A stretch of DNA of 64,000 nt, taken from a virus. Positions 1 through 8,267 of this stretch are shown here, piece by piece. The notes beneath the pieces were generated by a model. It was not told the origin of the DNA. It worked only from the letters and a program-made list of their open reading frames with translations, and searched no databases. Within the stretch, counting starts at the first letter, position 1. Every line of letters starts with the position of its first letter. The stretch lies in IMG/VR virus record IMGVR_UViG_3300044691_000591, positions 1 to 64,000 of that record. One strand, 5' to 3'. A program made the translations under genes and the position numbers.

Positions 1-358
1 GACCTGGGCTTTTGTGCATTTCCGCAGGTGGTACCGACGTACCAGCGTGTGGTACGTCGGAGACGGTGAGGACCGTGCTGTGCTTGCCGCCCGCGAGCAC
101 CTCTCGCGACGCAGTGATGTACCCGAGGGTCTTCAGTTCGGCGAACGCCGACCGGAAGGCACGCCGCCCCGGACTTTCCGTGCCCAGCACGGCCACGGAC
201 TCGCGCCACATGTCGTCGGCGGTCGTCTCCCAGCCGTCGGGGCGGCTGAGGATGTCGACGAGGATGCCCCGGGCCATGTGGCTGAGCCGCCCGTCGCGCG
301 CGGTGGCGTTGGGGACCTGCACGAAGTCCCCGGTGAGCCGGGAACGTCGAATCCTCAC
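1..358 (-). CDS. HTH-type phage replication initiator-like protein (5' part only; runs off the window)
   Basis: Not in the ORF track; translated by hand from GTG 358 with RBS GAGAAGAGG: MRIRRSRLTGDFVQVPNATARDGRLSHMARGILVDILSRPDGW..., typical N-terminus of actinophage HTH replication proteins. Confidence 0.65.
   Translation of the reverse strand, partial: MRIRRSRLTGDFVQVPNATARDGRLSHMARGILVDILSRPDGWETTADDMWRESVAVLGTESPGRRAFRSAFAELKTLGYITASREVLAGGKHSTVLTVSDVPHAGTSVPPAEMHKSPG
34..60. repeat. 11-bp inverted repeat inside the replication gene (candidate iteron/origin element)
   Basis: CCGACGTACCA-gcgtg-TGGTACGTCGG. Confidence 0.45.
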
Positions 359-438
359 GTGGTGCCTCTTCTCGGTGGTGCTCGTGCGGTCGTGGATAAA
401 GCGGCGAGGCCCTCGCGGGCGGTCTTAATCGGGGCAGG

Positions 439-1368
439 TCAGGCATCCGCAGCGGCCTTCGGGTATTCGCGAATGCGAAGTTCGGCGGGCCAGTACTGCG
501 GGTCGCCGCCCTTCTTGTCCGCGCCGTTCTCGCGGGCCCAGACGGATCCGAGCTGCTTCACGAACGGCGCGATGCCGGCCTGCCAGCAGTCGGCGACGAG
601 GGCGTGTGCCCAGTCCGGATCCATGGGCCTGGCGCCCGGCCCGGACTCGCCGCCGACGATGACCCAGTCGGGTCGGATCTGGTCCGGGCAGTAGCCCGAG
701 CAGAAGCCGCCGGCGAAGTCGTGGGTGGGGCAGTGTGCGTGAAGCCGGTTCAGAGCGATCGGCCCGAGCAGCGGCTCGGCGGACAGGAAGCGCACGGTCG
801 CGGGGGTGCGGACCAGTTCGGGGATGCGGATGTCCGCCCATTTCTGGTCCTCGACCGACACGCCGAGCCACACGTTCGGGAGCGGCCAGCCCGGCTTCGG
901 CAACGGCCATGACCGGCCCGTCAGCTTGGCGTCGGACAGCTTCGGCACTGTCAGGAGCGCCCGGTCGACCTGCTTCTCGAACTCGGGGTTCGCGAGCAGC
1001 GACCGCATGCGGGCGTGGCGCTTCGTGAGGATCTGGAACGTGTGCTGCGGGGTGAGCGACATCACCGCGAATACCCGGGCGATGAACTCGTCCGGCACGC
1101 CCGCGTGGAACAGGTCGCTCATGGAGTTGACGAACACGCGGCGGGGCTTGCGCCACGTCAGCGGTTCGTAGATGACGTCGTCGTGGGTGGTGATGCCGAA
1201 GCCGGGTCCGCTGGTGCGCGGGTCGCCGTCGTTCTGGTACTTGGCCGATCCCATGCCCTTGAGGCGCTTGGCCATGGTCAGGGCGTAGCAGTTGTCGCAG
1301 CCGGGACTCACCCGGTCGCAGCCGGTGGTTGGGTTCCAGGTGGCTTCGGTCCACTCGATCTTGGTCAT
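439..1368 (-). CDS. Phage Gp37/Gp68 (DUF5131) family protein
   Basis: MTKIEWTEATWNPTTGCDRVSPGCDNCYA, VFVNSMSDLFH, QILTKR, FLSAEPLLG, DWVIVGGESG motifs; RBS AAGGAG before ATG 1368. Confidence 0.93.
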   Translation of the reverse strand: MTKIEWTEATWNPTTGCDRVSPGCDNCYALTMAKRLKGMGSAKYQNDGDPRTSGPGFGITTHDDVIYEPLTWRKPRRVFVNSMSDLFHAGVPDEFIARVFAVMSLTPQHTFQILTKRHARMRSLLANPEFEKQVDRALLTVPKLSDAKLTGRSWPLPKPGWPLPNVWLGVSVEDQKWADIRIPELVRTPATVRFLSAEPLLGPIALNRLHAHCPTHDFAGGFCSGYCPDQIRPDWVIVGGESGPGARPMDPDWAHALVADCWQAGIAPFVKQLGSVWARENGADKKGGDPQYWPAELRIREYPKAAADA

Positions 1369-1459
1369 GCGGACTCCTTGGGAGAGAGCAGTCGACGGTC
1401 GCGGGCATGGCGAAGCCGTCCTTTGGGGTAGCGCGGAGATTGACTGGCGCGCGGCCCAG

Positions 1460-1495
1460 TAGCCAACATACACTTGTCCACATGTACGTTGGCTA
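1460..1495. promoter_or_regulatory. Inverted repeat in divergent intergenic region (candidate operator)
   Basis: TAGCCAACATACA-N10-TGTACGTTGGCTA, 12/13 paired. Confidence 0.45.
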
Positions 1496-1542
1496 TTCCA
1501 TCGAAACCCGCTGTGGCCACACCCCTGTGGGACCATGGCGTC

Positions 1543-1824
1543 ATGAACGAGGAGGAAGTCGTGACCCGCCTGAAGCACGTAGCGCGCGCCAAGAAGCGCA
1601 CCGAGGACCGCGCCGAAAAGATCACCAAGGCCGCGAGCCAGGCGTTCGACGCAGAGGTCGTCGCGGCCCTGACTGGTGGCATGAAGCCCGCTAGGGTCGC
1701 CGAGGTCACCGACTACAGCTACGAGACGATCCGCCGAATTGCCCGCGCAAATGGCATCAAGCCGCTGCGCGAGCCCACTGTCACCAGCAGGAAGCACAAG
1801 CCGGGAGACGCCTCCCCGGCCTGA
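1543..1824 (+). CDS. Small HTH DNA-binding protein
   Basis: MKPARVAEVTDYSYETIRRIAR helix-turn-helix; start refined to ATG 1543. Confidence 0.75.
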   Translation: MNEEEVVTRLKHVARAKKRTEDRAEKITKAASQAFDAEVVAALTGGMKPARVAEVTDYSYETIRRIARANGIKPLREPTVTSRKHKPGDASPA

Positions 1825-1839
1825 CCGAGGAGCACGTTC

Positions 1840-2349
1840 ATGTGGCTTGACGACCAGCGCACCGCCCTCTACCGCCTCTACGGCGAGGGTGGTGCTTTGC
1901 TGTACATCGGCATCACCAACGACCCCACCGCCCGATTCGAGCAGCACGCTGGAGACAAGGAGTGGTGGCCGAGCGTCAACCGCCACACGGTGGAGTGGTT
2001 CGAGGACCGGCCGAGCGCGGCCAAGGCGGAAGCCGACGCCATCCGAGCCGAGGACCCGGCGCACAACTGGACCTACTCGCCCCGCTACGACCGAAGGACC
2101 GCACGAGACATCGTGCTGCCCAGCGGCGTGCGGGAGGTCTCCATCGCCAACGCCCGAAAGATCCTGGGTGACGTGGTCGGCCGCACCCAGCACGGGGGCA
2201 GCCCGACGATCCTCGTCAACCGCAAGAAGCGGGTTGCCGCACTCATTTCCATGGACTTCTACGACGCGGCCAGCGAAAACGAGCGCATCGTCAACGCCCT
2301 GTGTGAAGCCGACCCCGCGCTCTACGCGAAGCTCACCGCCGCCAGCTGA
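1840..2349 (+). CDS. GIY-YIG nuclease domain fused to a Phd/YefM-like domain
   Basis: N-term ALYRLY...LYIGIT..P..R..QH...E..AI....P.HN; C-term VSIANARKILGDVV...PTILVNRKKRVAALIS. Confidence 0.8.
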   Translation: MWLDDQRTALYRLYGEGGALLYIGITNDPTARFEQHAGDKEWWPSVNRHTVEWFEDRPSAAKAEADAIRAEDPAHNWTYSPRYDRRTARDIVLPSGVREVSIANARKILGDVVGRTQHGGSPTILVNRKKRVAALISMDFYDAASENERIVNALCEADPALYAKLTAAS

Positions 2350-2375
2350 CCGTCGACTCTCCATCACCCCTCCTC

Positions 2376-2576
2376 TCAGAACCGGTCGTTGTAGTTGCGT
2401 GCCGCCCGCTCATCGCGGGCGGCAGCGTCGTTTTCGGCGCAGACTTTGTGCGAGGGCTGCTTGTCGTCGTCGCGCAGGTGTGTGGGCTGGTGGCAGTGGC
2501 GGCACGGGGCCTCGGTCCACGCCCAGTGGGAGCGGTCGCCCCAGTCCAGGAGCCGCGGCCGAGAGGCGTCGCTCAT
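2376..2576 (-). CDS. Small Cys/His zinc-binding hypothetical protein
   Basis: CRHC...HKVC; ATGA overlap with upstream gene. Confidence 0.7.
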   Translation of the reverse strand: MSDASRPRLLDWGDRSHWAWTEAPCRHCHQPTHLRDDDKQPSHKVCAENDAAARDERAARNYNDRF

Positions 2577-2773
2577 AAGTCCGCCCCGGCTTTCCGTAGC
2601 CAGGCCCGGTCGTTGAGTGCCGCGCGTTTTCCTCCGCAGGGCGTGGCCGAGAGGGTCACGGTCGCCCCGGTCGCCGGATTGCGGGCCCGGTAGTGGCCGG
2701 ACCCGGCCAGCCATATGAGCCAGCCCTGCGACCGGAGCCGCCGTATCAGCTGCTTCGTGTCCTTGCTCGACAT
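2573..2773 (-). CDS. HicA-like mRNA interferase fold protein
   Basis: 66 aa: KQLIRRLRSQGW...GSGHY...TVTLSATP...LRKAG; no HicB seen. Confidence 0.7.
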   Translation of the reverse strand: MSSKDTKQLIRRLRSQGWLIWLAGSGHYRARNPATGATVTLSATPCGGKRAALNDRAWLRKAGADL

Positions 2774-3657
2774 CAGCCGGCCTCCCGCTCCGGCGCGAAC
2801 CGAACCGAGAGCGGCACCTCGACGTCGGCACGGCGGTGCACGGCCATGACCGAGTTCCAGTCGATGCCGACCCGGGCGACGATCTCCTCCCGGGTGCAGC
2901 CAAAGCTGGCCAGGTGCTCGGTCTCGTCGATGACTTCCCGGCCCCGCTCGCCCGGATCGCTCTTGAGGTAGCGCGGGGCCCGGATCCTCCCGTTGGGTTT
3001 CTCGTCGGTGTCGATGTCGGTCCACGCCGCAGGTACGGCCCATTTGCGGGCAGCGGCGTAGCCCATGCCCCGCCGGTAGATCACCGGGTCGACGCCGTGG
3101 TCCAGTGGGTTCTGGTCCCGCAGTAGCTCGTACAGGTCGGCGATGCGCTGATGGGTGACGACCTGGGTGTGCTTCCGGGCCAGGAGCTGCCACATGTTCT
3201 TCTCGCTCATGCCGACGCGGGCGCACAGGTTCTTCGCTGGCCAGCCGATCGCTCGTAGCGCCCGGATCCGCCGTGCGGCGCCCCGGGCCGGGACGAGGGC
3301 GTTGGCAGGTAGCCGACTGAAGTGGAGTTCGACGCCGAGGATCGCTCGCTCGGTGTCGGGGCGGATGCGGATCGCGGCCGGACGGGCACCGACGGGCCCG
3401 CGGACGCGGCGGATGTCTTCGAGGTGGAGGCCGGCGAGGATGGCGATGACCGGCAGCGTCATCCCGGCCGCGTGCAGCTTGTTGATGTGCTGGCGGGCCG
3501 GGCCGGCGTCGACAAAGGGCAGCCAGGTTCCGGCTGCGACCTGCTCGCGCCGGTCGGCGAGCCATTCGTTGTAGCCGATGCGGCAGCGTAGGCAGCGGCA
3601 GTTGGAGTGCACGGCGCCGGCCATGGTCGGCGGTCGGGTGGCTACGGCGGTGGTCAC
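2773..3657 (-). CDS. Multi-HTH DNA-binding phage protein with N-terminal CRCxxC motif
   Basis: CRCLRC, VDAGPARQHINKLHAAGM, RRIRALRAIGW, PAAWTDID; GTG start 3657. Confidence 0.75.
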   Translation of the reverse strand: MTTAVATRPPTMAGAVHSNCRCLRCRIGYNEWLADRREQVAAGTWLPFVDAGPARQHINKLHAAGMTLPVIAILAGLHLEDIRRVRGPVGARPAAIRIRPDTERAILGVELHFSRLPANALVPARGAARRIRALRAIGWPAKNLCARVGMSEKNMWQLLARKHTQVVTHQRIADLYELLRDQNPLDHGVDPVIYRRGMGYAAARKWAVPAAWTDIDTDEKPNGRIRAPRYLKSDPGERGREVIDETEHLASFGCTREEIVARVGIDWNSVMAVHRRADVEVPLSVRFAPEREAG

Positions 3658-3764
3658 CGTCGGTTCCTTCCGCTGATCCGGTAGACGGGTGCCGCGAGCA
3701 GCCCGAGCAGCCCTTCGAGGCCCCACAGGCACACGCAGGCGGTGAGCCACGGGTGGCCGGTCAC
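3654..3764 (-). CDS. Small membrane peptide
   Basis: 36 aa hydrophobic; GTGA overlaps at both ends. Confidence 0.5.
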   Translation of the reverse strand: MTGHPWLTACVCLWGLEGLLGLLAAPVYRISGRNRR

Positions 3765-3979
3765 GGCCGCGTCCCGGGCTCGACGGGTTCCAGCGCCGCG
3801 ATGGCGAGGATGGTCGCGAGGTCGTCTTCGGCCTGGAGTTCGACGCTGCGGATCCATGCCTCGCTGCCCATGCGCCGGTCCAGGGCACGGAGCCGATTGA
3901 CGGTGCCGCGCCCGATCTCCCAGGCGACCAGCGGCAGGGCCAGCACGAGGCCGCCCAGGCGGGTGATGAGGTGGTTCAT
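3761..3979 (-). CDS. Hypothetical protein
   Basis: 72 aa, translationally coupled. Confidence 0.6.
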   Translation of the reverse strand: MNHLITRLGGLVLALPLVAWEIGRGTVNRLRALDRRMGSEAWIRSVELQAEDDLATILAIAALEPVEPGTRP

Positions 3980-4203
3980 GCGGACTGCCCTCCTGGCTTG
4001 CGGCGGGCGGCGAGGTCGTCGGCGAAGTCCTGCTCGAAGCGCCCGAAGGACGCGTAGGCGAGCTGGGCTGCGCGCCGGGACTCGACGGAGGCGCGGTATC
4101 GGGTCCACAGGTAGAAGCCGAGGATCGCCAGGTTGGCGACGGCGGCGATCGTCATGACGACCAGGCAGGTGGCGAGGAGCTGGTAGTACGGGTGCTGATC
4201 CAT
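3976..4203 (-). CDS. Small membrane protein
   Basis: 75 aa, one TM helix. Confidence 0.65.
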   Translation of the reverse strand: MDQHPYYQLLATCLVVMTIAAVANLAILGFYLWTRYRASVESRRAAQLAYASFGRFEQDFADDLAARRKPGGQSA

Positions 4204-4270
4204 GGGTTCCCCCGGGTTGGTGGTGGGTGCCCGACCGCGCGGGGTGAGCGCGCGGCCGGAGCGGGGCGGG

Positions 4271-4648
4271 TCAGGGCTGGCGGTGCGTCAGGATGCGTTC
4301 GGCCGCCGTCCACACGCTGCACGGCCACGCGGTCAGGGAGCCGGCCAGGGAGCACGCCTCGCACAGGGCGCCCGCCGCAGTCGGGTCGGCGTGCGGACGC
4401 GGGCGGTGGCTGTCGCGCATCTGGGCGACGTCGTCGCGGATGCGCTTCACCTCGGAGATGGCCTGGCTTCCGGCAGCGAGTGCGCCGGTGACGCTGGTCA
4501 TGAACGAGTCCGCCAGGCTGGGGTCAGGGCTGGCGCCCGGGAGGGGCATCATCAGCTTGACGAGGTTGAACATGGAGTCGCCGATGGCCTTCTTGGCGGC
4601 GTCTGCGTCGAACGGGGCGGTCGGATCGGCGAACGGGGCGGGAGTCAT
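4271..4648 (-). CDS. Hypothetical protein with C-terminal H/CxxC/WPC motif
   Basis: HRP...CEAC...WPC; RBS GAAAGG. Confidence 0.7.
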   Translation of the reverse strand: MTPAPFADPTAPFDADAAKKAIGDSMFNLVKLMMPLPGASPDPSLADSFMTSVTGALAAGSQAISEVKRIRDDVAQMRDSHRPRPHADPTAAGALCEACSLAGSLTAWPCSVWTAAERILTHRQP

Positions 4649-4675
4649 CGGGCGGGCCTTTCGGTTGAGGGTTGG

Positions 4676-5446
4676 TCAGGGGAGTAGGGCGGCGGCGACG
4701 GAGTCCCGGGCGCGCTGCCCGGTGCCGAGCGACACGGGCACGGACTGCTGCCACAGCGGCAGGACCGCGTCGACGACGGTGACCTCGCCGGGCATGGGCG
4801 GCTTGCAGTCAGGCAGCGGCGGGGCGGCGACGACGGGCAGTACCGCGGTGGCACCGAGTCCGGTGGCGTTGCGGAGCGCGGTGACGTCCACGGGCTGCGT
4901 CTCCGCCTCAGTGCGCAGGTCGCGCACGTCGGTGAGCTGCGTCTTGGCGTTGACGTCCGCCGCCTCCGAGTCGACCGGCGCGACGGGTGCGACGGGGCTG
5001 ATCCATTCGTCGGGGCGCGGCGGCCCGTCCGGCTGGTTGATCCACGCCTGCGGGTCGTCCATCAACGCGGGCTGCCCCGGTGCGGCGTCCGGGTCGACGG
5101 GCACCTCCAGCGCCAGCAGCGTGGCCCTCAGCCGCTCGACCTCCGCGCGGGCCTCCTTCAGTTCCTGGCGCGAGCGGATCCACCCGTCCCGGTTCGCGTT
5201 CGACCGGGTACGGGCCTCGTCGCGCTCTGCGGCGATGTCCTTGGACTCCGTGTCGGCGAGGTCCAGCTCCTGCTGCCAGTCGACGCGCTCCTGGGAGTGG
5301 GACCGCTTCAAGGACTCGATGATCTCCAGGGCGGCGCTGTGCTCGGCCCGAAGATCGGCGAATGCCTGCTGCTGCTTCAGCCAGTCGGTGGTGTGCTTCC
5401 CCGGGGCGCGCTGCGGGGCGGGGCGGAGGAGGGTGAGGAGGCTCAT
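4676..5446 (-). CDS. Coiled-coil hypothetical protein
   Basis: Heptad-rich N-terminal half; ATG 5446 overlaps upstream stop. Confidence 0.7.
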   Translation of the reverse strand: MSLLTLLRPAPQRAPGKHTTDWLKQQQAFADLRAEHSAALEIIESLKRSHSQERVDWQQELDLADTESKDIAAERDEARTRSNANRDGWIRSRQELKEARAEVERLRATLLALEVPVDPDAAPGQPALMDDPQAWINQPDGPPRPDEWISPVAPVAPVDSEAADVNAKTQLTDVRDLRTEAETQPVDVTALRNATGLGATAVLPVVAAPPLPDCKPPMPGEVTVVDAVLPLWQQSVPVSLGTGQRARDSVAAALLP

Positions 5447-5910
5447 GCCGACACCTGCTCTGCGTGCCGGGCGAGGCCCTGTGCGGCGTGCTCCTCGATG
5501 CGGCGCGCCTGCGCGAGCAGGGCGTTGCGGTGGTGCCGCTCCGCAGCGATCCGGGCGAAGTCCCGCGCCAGCTCCTCCGCCCGCTCCGGCGCGAACCGGT
5601 ACATGGCGATGCGGGGCTGACCGAGGGCCATGTCTTGCCAGTGGGAGCCGTCCCACCACGACGGGGCCCGGTGACCGGCATTGCTGTCGATCACAGCCCA
5701 CGCGTTGCCGTAGCGGTGCATCGCCACGTAGGCCGCGGCGCCCTCGGCGTGACCGGCGATCAGGAACCGGCGCTCGTACACCGAGTCGTCGCAGACGCTG
5801 GCCTCAAGCTGCCCGGCGAGTGCAGCCTTCTCGGCCTCCAGGCGGGCGATGTCCGCGCGCAGGCGCTGGGTCGGGGTTGGGCGGTGCTGGGGCTTCGCTC
5901 CGGTGCTCAC
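5443..5910 (-). CDS. Hypothetical protein
   Basis: 155 aa, GTGA-coupled. Confidence 0.65.
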   Translation of the reverse strand: MSTGAKPQHRPTPTQRLRADIARLEAEKAALAGQLEASVCDDSVYERRFLIAGHAEGAAAYVAMHRYGNAWAVIDSNAGHRAPSWWDGSHWQDMALGQPRIAMYRFAPERAEELARDFARIAAERHHRNALLAQARRIEEHAAQGLARHAEQVSA

Positions 5911-6149
5911 TTCGCACCGCCCTTGGCGACTGCGGCGGCCAGCTGCTCGTCGGTGCCGTGCAGGAACAGGTCCATCCACGGCATCGGCTGCTCGTTCTCG
6001 TCGGCGATCGTGGCGTCCGAGTGGCAGCGGGCGCACAGCGGCGCCTCCTTGAACTCGTGCCAGCCGGCCGGAACCCACTCGAACGGGAACAGGGGACGGG
6101 TCTGCTGGCAGGAGGTGCACTTGCCCTCGGCGGGCGGCTTGGTCGTCAT
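5907..6149 (-). CDS. Zinc-finger hypothetical protein
   Basis: CTSC...CARC. Confidence 0.65.
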   Translation of the reverse strand: MTTKPPAEGKCTSCQQTRPLFPFEWVPAGWHEFKEAPLCARCHSDATIADENEQPMPWMDLFLHGTDEQLAAAVAKGGAK

Positions 6150-6577
6150 CGCGCACCTGCCTGTCCCGCGACCCGGCGGCTGGCGATGGTCAGCTCGGCG
6201 GCCTTACGGTCGGCCTCCAGGCGCGCGGCCTTGACCTCAGCCGGAACGAGCGAGCCCTTCGGGGCCTTCGCCACCGCGGACCTGCCGGCGGGCAGCTGCT
6301 TGTCCTTGTTGACGAGGTCCTTGAAGTTCTGCCCCGGCCGGAACCTGGGCCGGGTGCGGGCGGCGAGGGCAACCGATCCGCCGGTCTGCGGGTTGCGGAC
6401 CTTGCGGGCCGGGTGACTGACTGTCTCGAAGGTGCCGAGGCCGGTGACGCCGACGCTCTCCCCGTTGACGACCGCGCGGACGATGGCGTCCAGGACGGCG
6501 TCGACGTTCCTGGCCGCCTGGGGCACGGCGACGCCGAGCTCCTTGGCGACCGCTTCGATCAGCTGCATCTTGTTCAT
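6146..6577 (-). CDS. hup: HU family DNA-binding protein (HupS-like N-terminal region)
   Basis: MNKMQLIEAVA...GLGTFE...ARKVRNPQTG...PRFRPG, followed by KAPKGSL. Confidence 0.93.
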   Translation of the reverse strand: MNKMQLIEAVAKELGVAVPQAARNVDAVLDAIVRAVVNGESVGVTGLGTFETVSHPARKVRNPQTGGSVALAARTRPRFRPGQNFKDLVNKDKQLPAGRSAVAKAPKGSLVPAEVKAARLEADRKAAELTIASRRVAGQAGAR

Positions 6578-6656
6578 CAGGTTCTCCAGTGAGGGTGTTG
6601 CGACGGGTGGGGCTCGACGCGGGGCGTGATGGGCCCCAGGTCGGGGGTGGTGCCGG

Positions 6657-6938
6657 TCAGAGGTGGCTGTACTCGGTGCCGCAGTGGCGGCAGCGGTAGC
6701 CGGTCGGGCCGATGTCCGCCAACTGCTGGCCGTGGCACTGCGAGCAGTCCCGCTTCGGGTTCGGCCACCACTCCGGGGCCAGCGGGTCGTACATCGGGGC
6801 CGGGACCTCGTCGTCGGGCTCGACGGGCGGGGCCGCCACCTGCTTGTGCCACTGCGCGGTGATCGCGCGGGACGGCAGCGGCGGGTACGGCTCCGGGGCG
6901 TGGGCGGGTCTGCGGCGGCGGAGGTGGAGGGCGGTCAT
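6657..6938 (-). CDS. Zinc-ribbon hypothetical protein
   Basis: CSQC...CRHC. Confidence 0.65.
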   Translation of the reverse strand: MTALHLRRRRPAHAPEPYPPLPSRAITAQWHKQVAAPPVEPDDEVPAPMYDPLAPEWWPNPKRDCSQCHGQQLADIGPTGYRCRHCGTEYSHL

Positions 6939-7537
6939 GAGGCACCGCCCGTCACCGCGTCGTACAGGTCCCGGGCCTCACGGAGCCGGGCCTTGTAGGC
7001 CTTATTCCGCTCGTTCGCGCAGGGGCGACAGACCCGCCGGCCATTCGCGGCAGGCTCCGGCAACGGGTGTCCGCTCGCGCACAACTCCTTGAAGTAGGCG
7101 GCACGCTGGGAGTTCTCCCGATGTGTCACAGCTTCGAGGTGGCGCTCAGCGTTAACGCACGCCCGATTCCGGCAAAGGTGATCCGGCTCCAGCCCCTCCG
7201 GCATCGGACCGCTGGCGAGCTCGAAGGCGTAGGTGTGCGCCTTGCGCGTGCGGCTACCGTCGTAGAAGCGGCCGTACCCCTTGTCGTCCAGCGGTCCGGT
7301 CCAGACCCAGCAGGGGCCGAGGCCGGGGCGATGCTCCGGGGTGGGGCCGTTCCTGTCCACCCGGGCGGCAAAGCGCTCGGCAACGGGCGGGAGGGCCGCT
7401 GCGCGGGCCCGCGCAGACTCGCCCTGGCGGTGAGGAGTCTCAGGGTCGCCCGTGAGGCGCCAACGCTGGTGGTGGTTGCTGCACCAGCCGCGGGCCCGCG
7501 ACGGGCGCTCGCAGGTTGCAATGGAACAGATCTTCAT
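6935..7537 (-). CDS. HNH homing endonuclease-like protein
   Basis: CWVWTG, GYG, AHTYAFEL, DHLCRNRACVN..HLEAVTHREN, C..GH, CRPC. Confidence 0.9.
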   Translation of the reverse strand: MKICSIATCERPSRARGWCSNHHQRWRLTGDPETPHRQGESARARAAALPPVAERFAARVDRNGPTPEHRPGLGPCWVWTGPLDDKGYGRFYDGSRTRKAHTYAFELASGPMPEGLEPDHLCRNRACVNAERHLEAVTHRENSQRAAYFKELCASGHPLPEPAANGRRVCRPCANERNKAYKARLREARDLYDAVTGGAS

Positions 7538-8166
7538 CGGTCGCCACCGCCGGTGGCTGCATCGAACACGGCCTTCGCCCACCTGGCGTCGCCGAGCGCG
7601 GTGTGCGCGACCTCCGGCGAGGGCGGTGCAATACCCATCCGCTCGGATAGTGCGTAGGAGCTGTACGGCAGTGTCGGGTACGAGTCCAGGAACAGCGACC
7701 GGTCGCCCCCGGCCTTGGCCGTCAGCGAACCGTGCAGGTAGCCGGCCGCCAGCGTCGCGACGTCGACCGTGCGGTAGTGCCACGGCGCCATGCCGAGCAT
7801 CACGGTCAGGAATGATGCGTCGAACGCCGGGTTCGAGCCGACCATCACCGCGTCCTTGAGGATCTCGGCGACCCGGTTGTTCAGCGCCCCCAGCGACATG
7901 GGCACCGGCGTGTGGCCGTCGCCGATGTTGTCGAGCATGTCCGCAGCCCACGCTGATCCGGGCACGGCCATGCGCTCGTGGAACCGGCCCATCTCCAACG
8001 CCTTCGGTTCCGCACGGGCCAGCGCGACCGGGCTCGGGCGCCGCTGCCACAGGTGCTCGGTCTCGACACCGTCCTCGTCCCGGGCGATGATCGCGATCTC
8101 CCAGACGTCATGCTCCAGCGGGTCCAGGCCCAGCGTCTCCAAGTCGGTGAAGCACAAGACGGTCAT
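7534..8166 (-). CDS. DnaQ/DEDDh 3'-5' exonuclease
   Basis: DLETLGLD, GSNPAFD, DV, HTALGDA motifs. Confidence 0.9.
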   Translation of the reverse strand: MTVLCFTDLETLGLDPLEHDVWEIAIIARDEDGVETEHLWQRRPSPVALARAEPKALEMGRFHERMAVPGSAWAADMLDNIGDGHTPVPMSLGALNNRVAEILKDAVMVGSNPAFDASFLTVMLGMAPWHYRTVDVATLAAGYLHGSLTAKAGGDRSLFLDSYPTLPYSSYALSERMGIAPPSPEVAHTALGDARWAKAVFDAATGGGDR

Positions 8167-8267
8167 GTCGAACTCCCCTTGCGGCAACGGTGGATGGTGA
8201 GGCGAAGCAGCCCGGCGGCGGCGTAGGCGAAGACCGGGATCAGCACGGCATCCGCGAGGACAGTCAT
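8163..8267 (-). CDS. 34-aa membrane peptide (below ORF-track cutoff)
   Basis: MTVLADAVLIPVFAYAAAGLLRLTIHRCRKGSST; ATGA overlaps with both neighbours. Confidence 0.6.
   Translation of the reverse strand: MTVLADAVLIPVFAYAAAGLLRLTIHRCRKGSST

Noticed and set aside
439-2367. 642-aa ORF as listed in the track
   Set aside because: Only 439-1368 has family motifs and an RBS; the extension is antisense to two real plus-strand genes. Many other track starts were trimmed for the same reason
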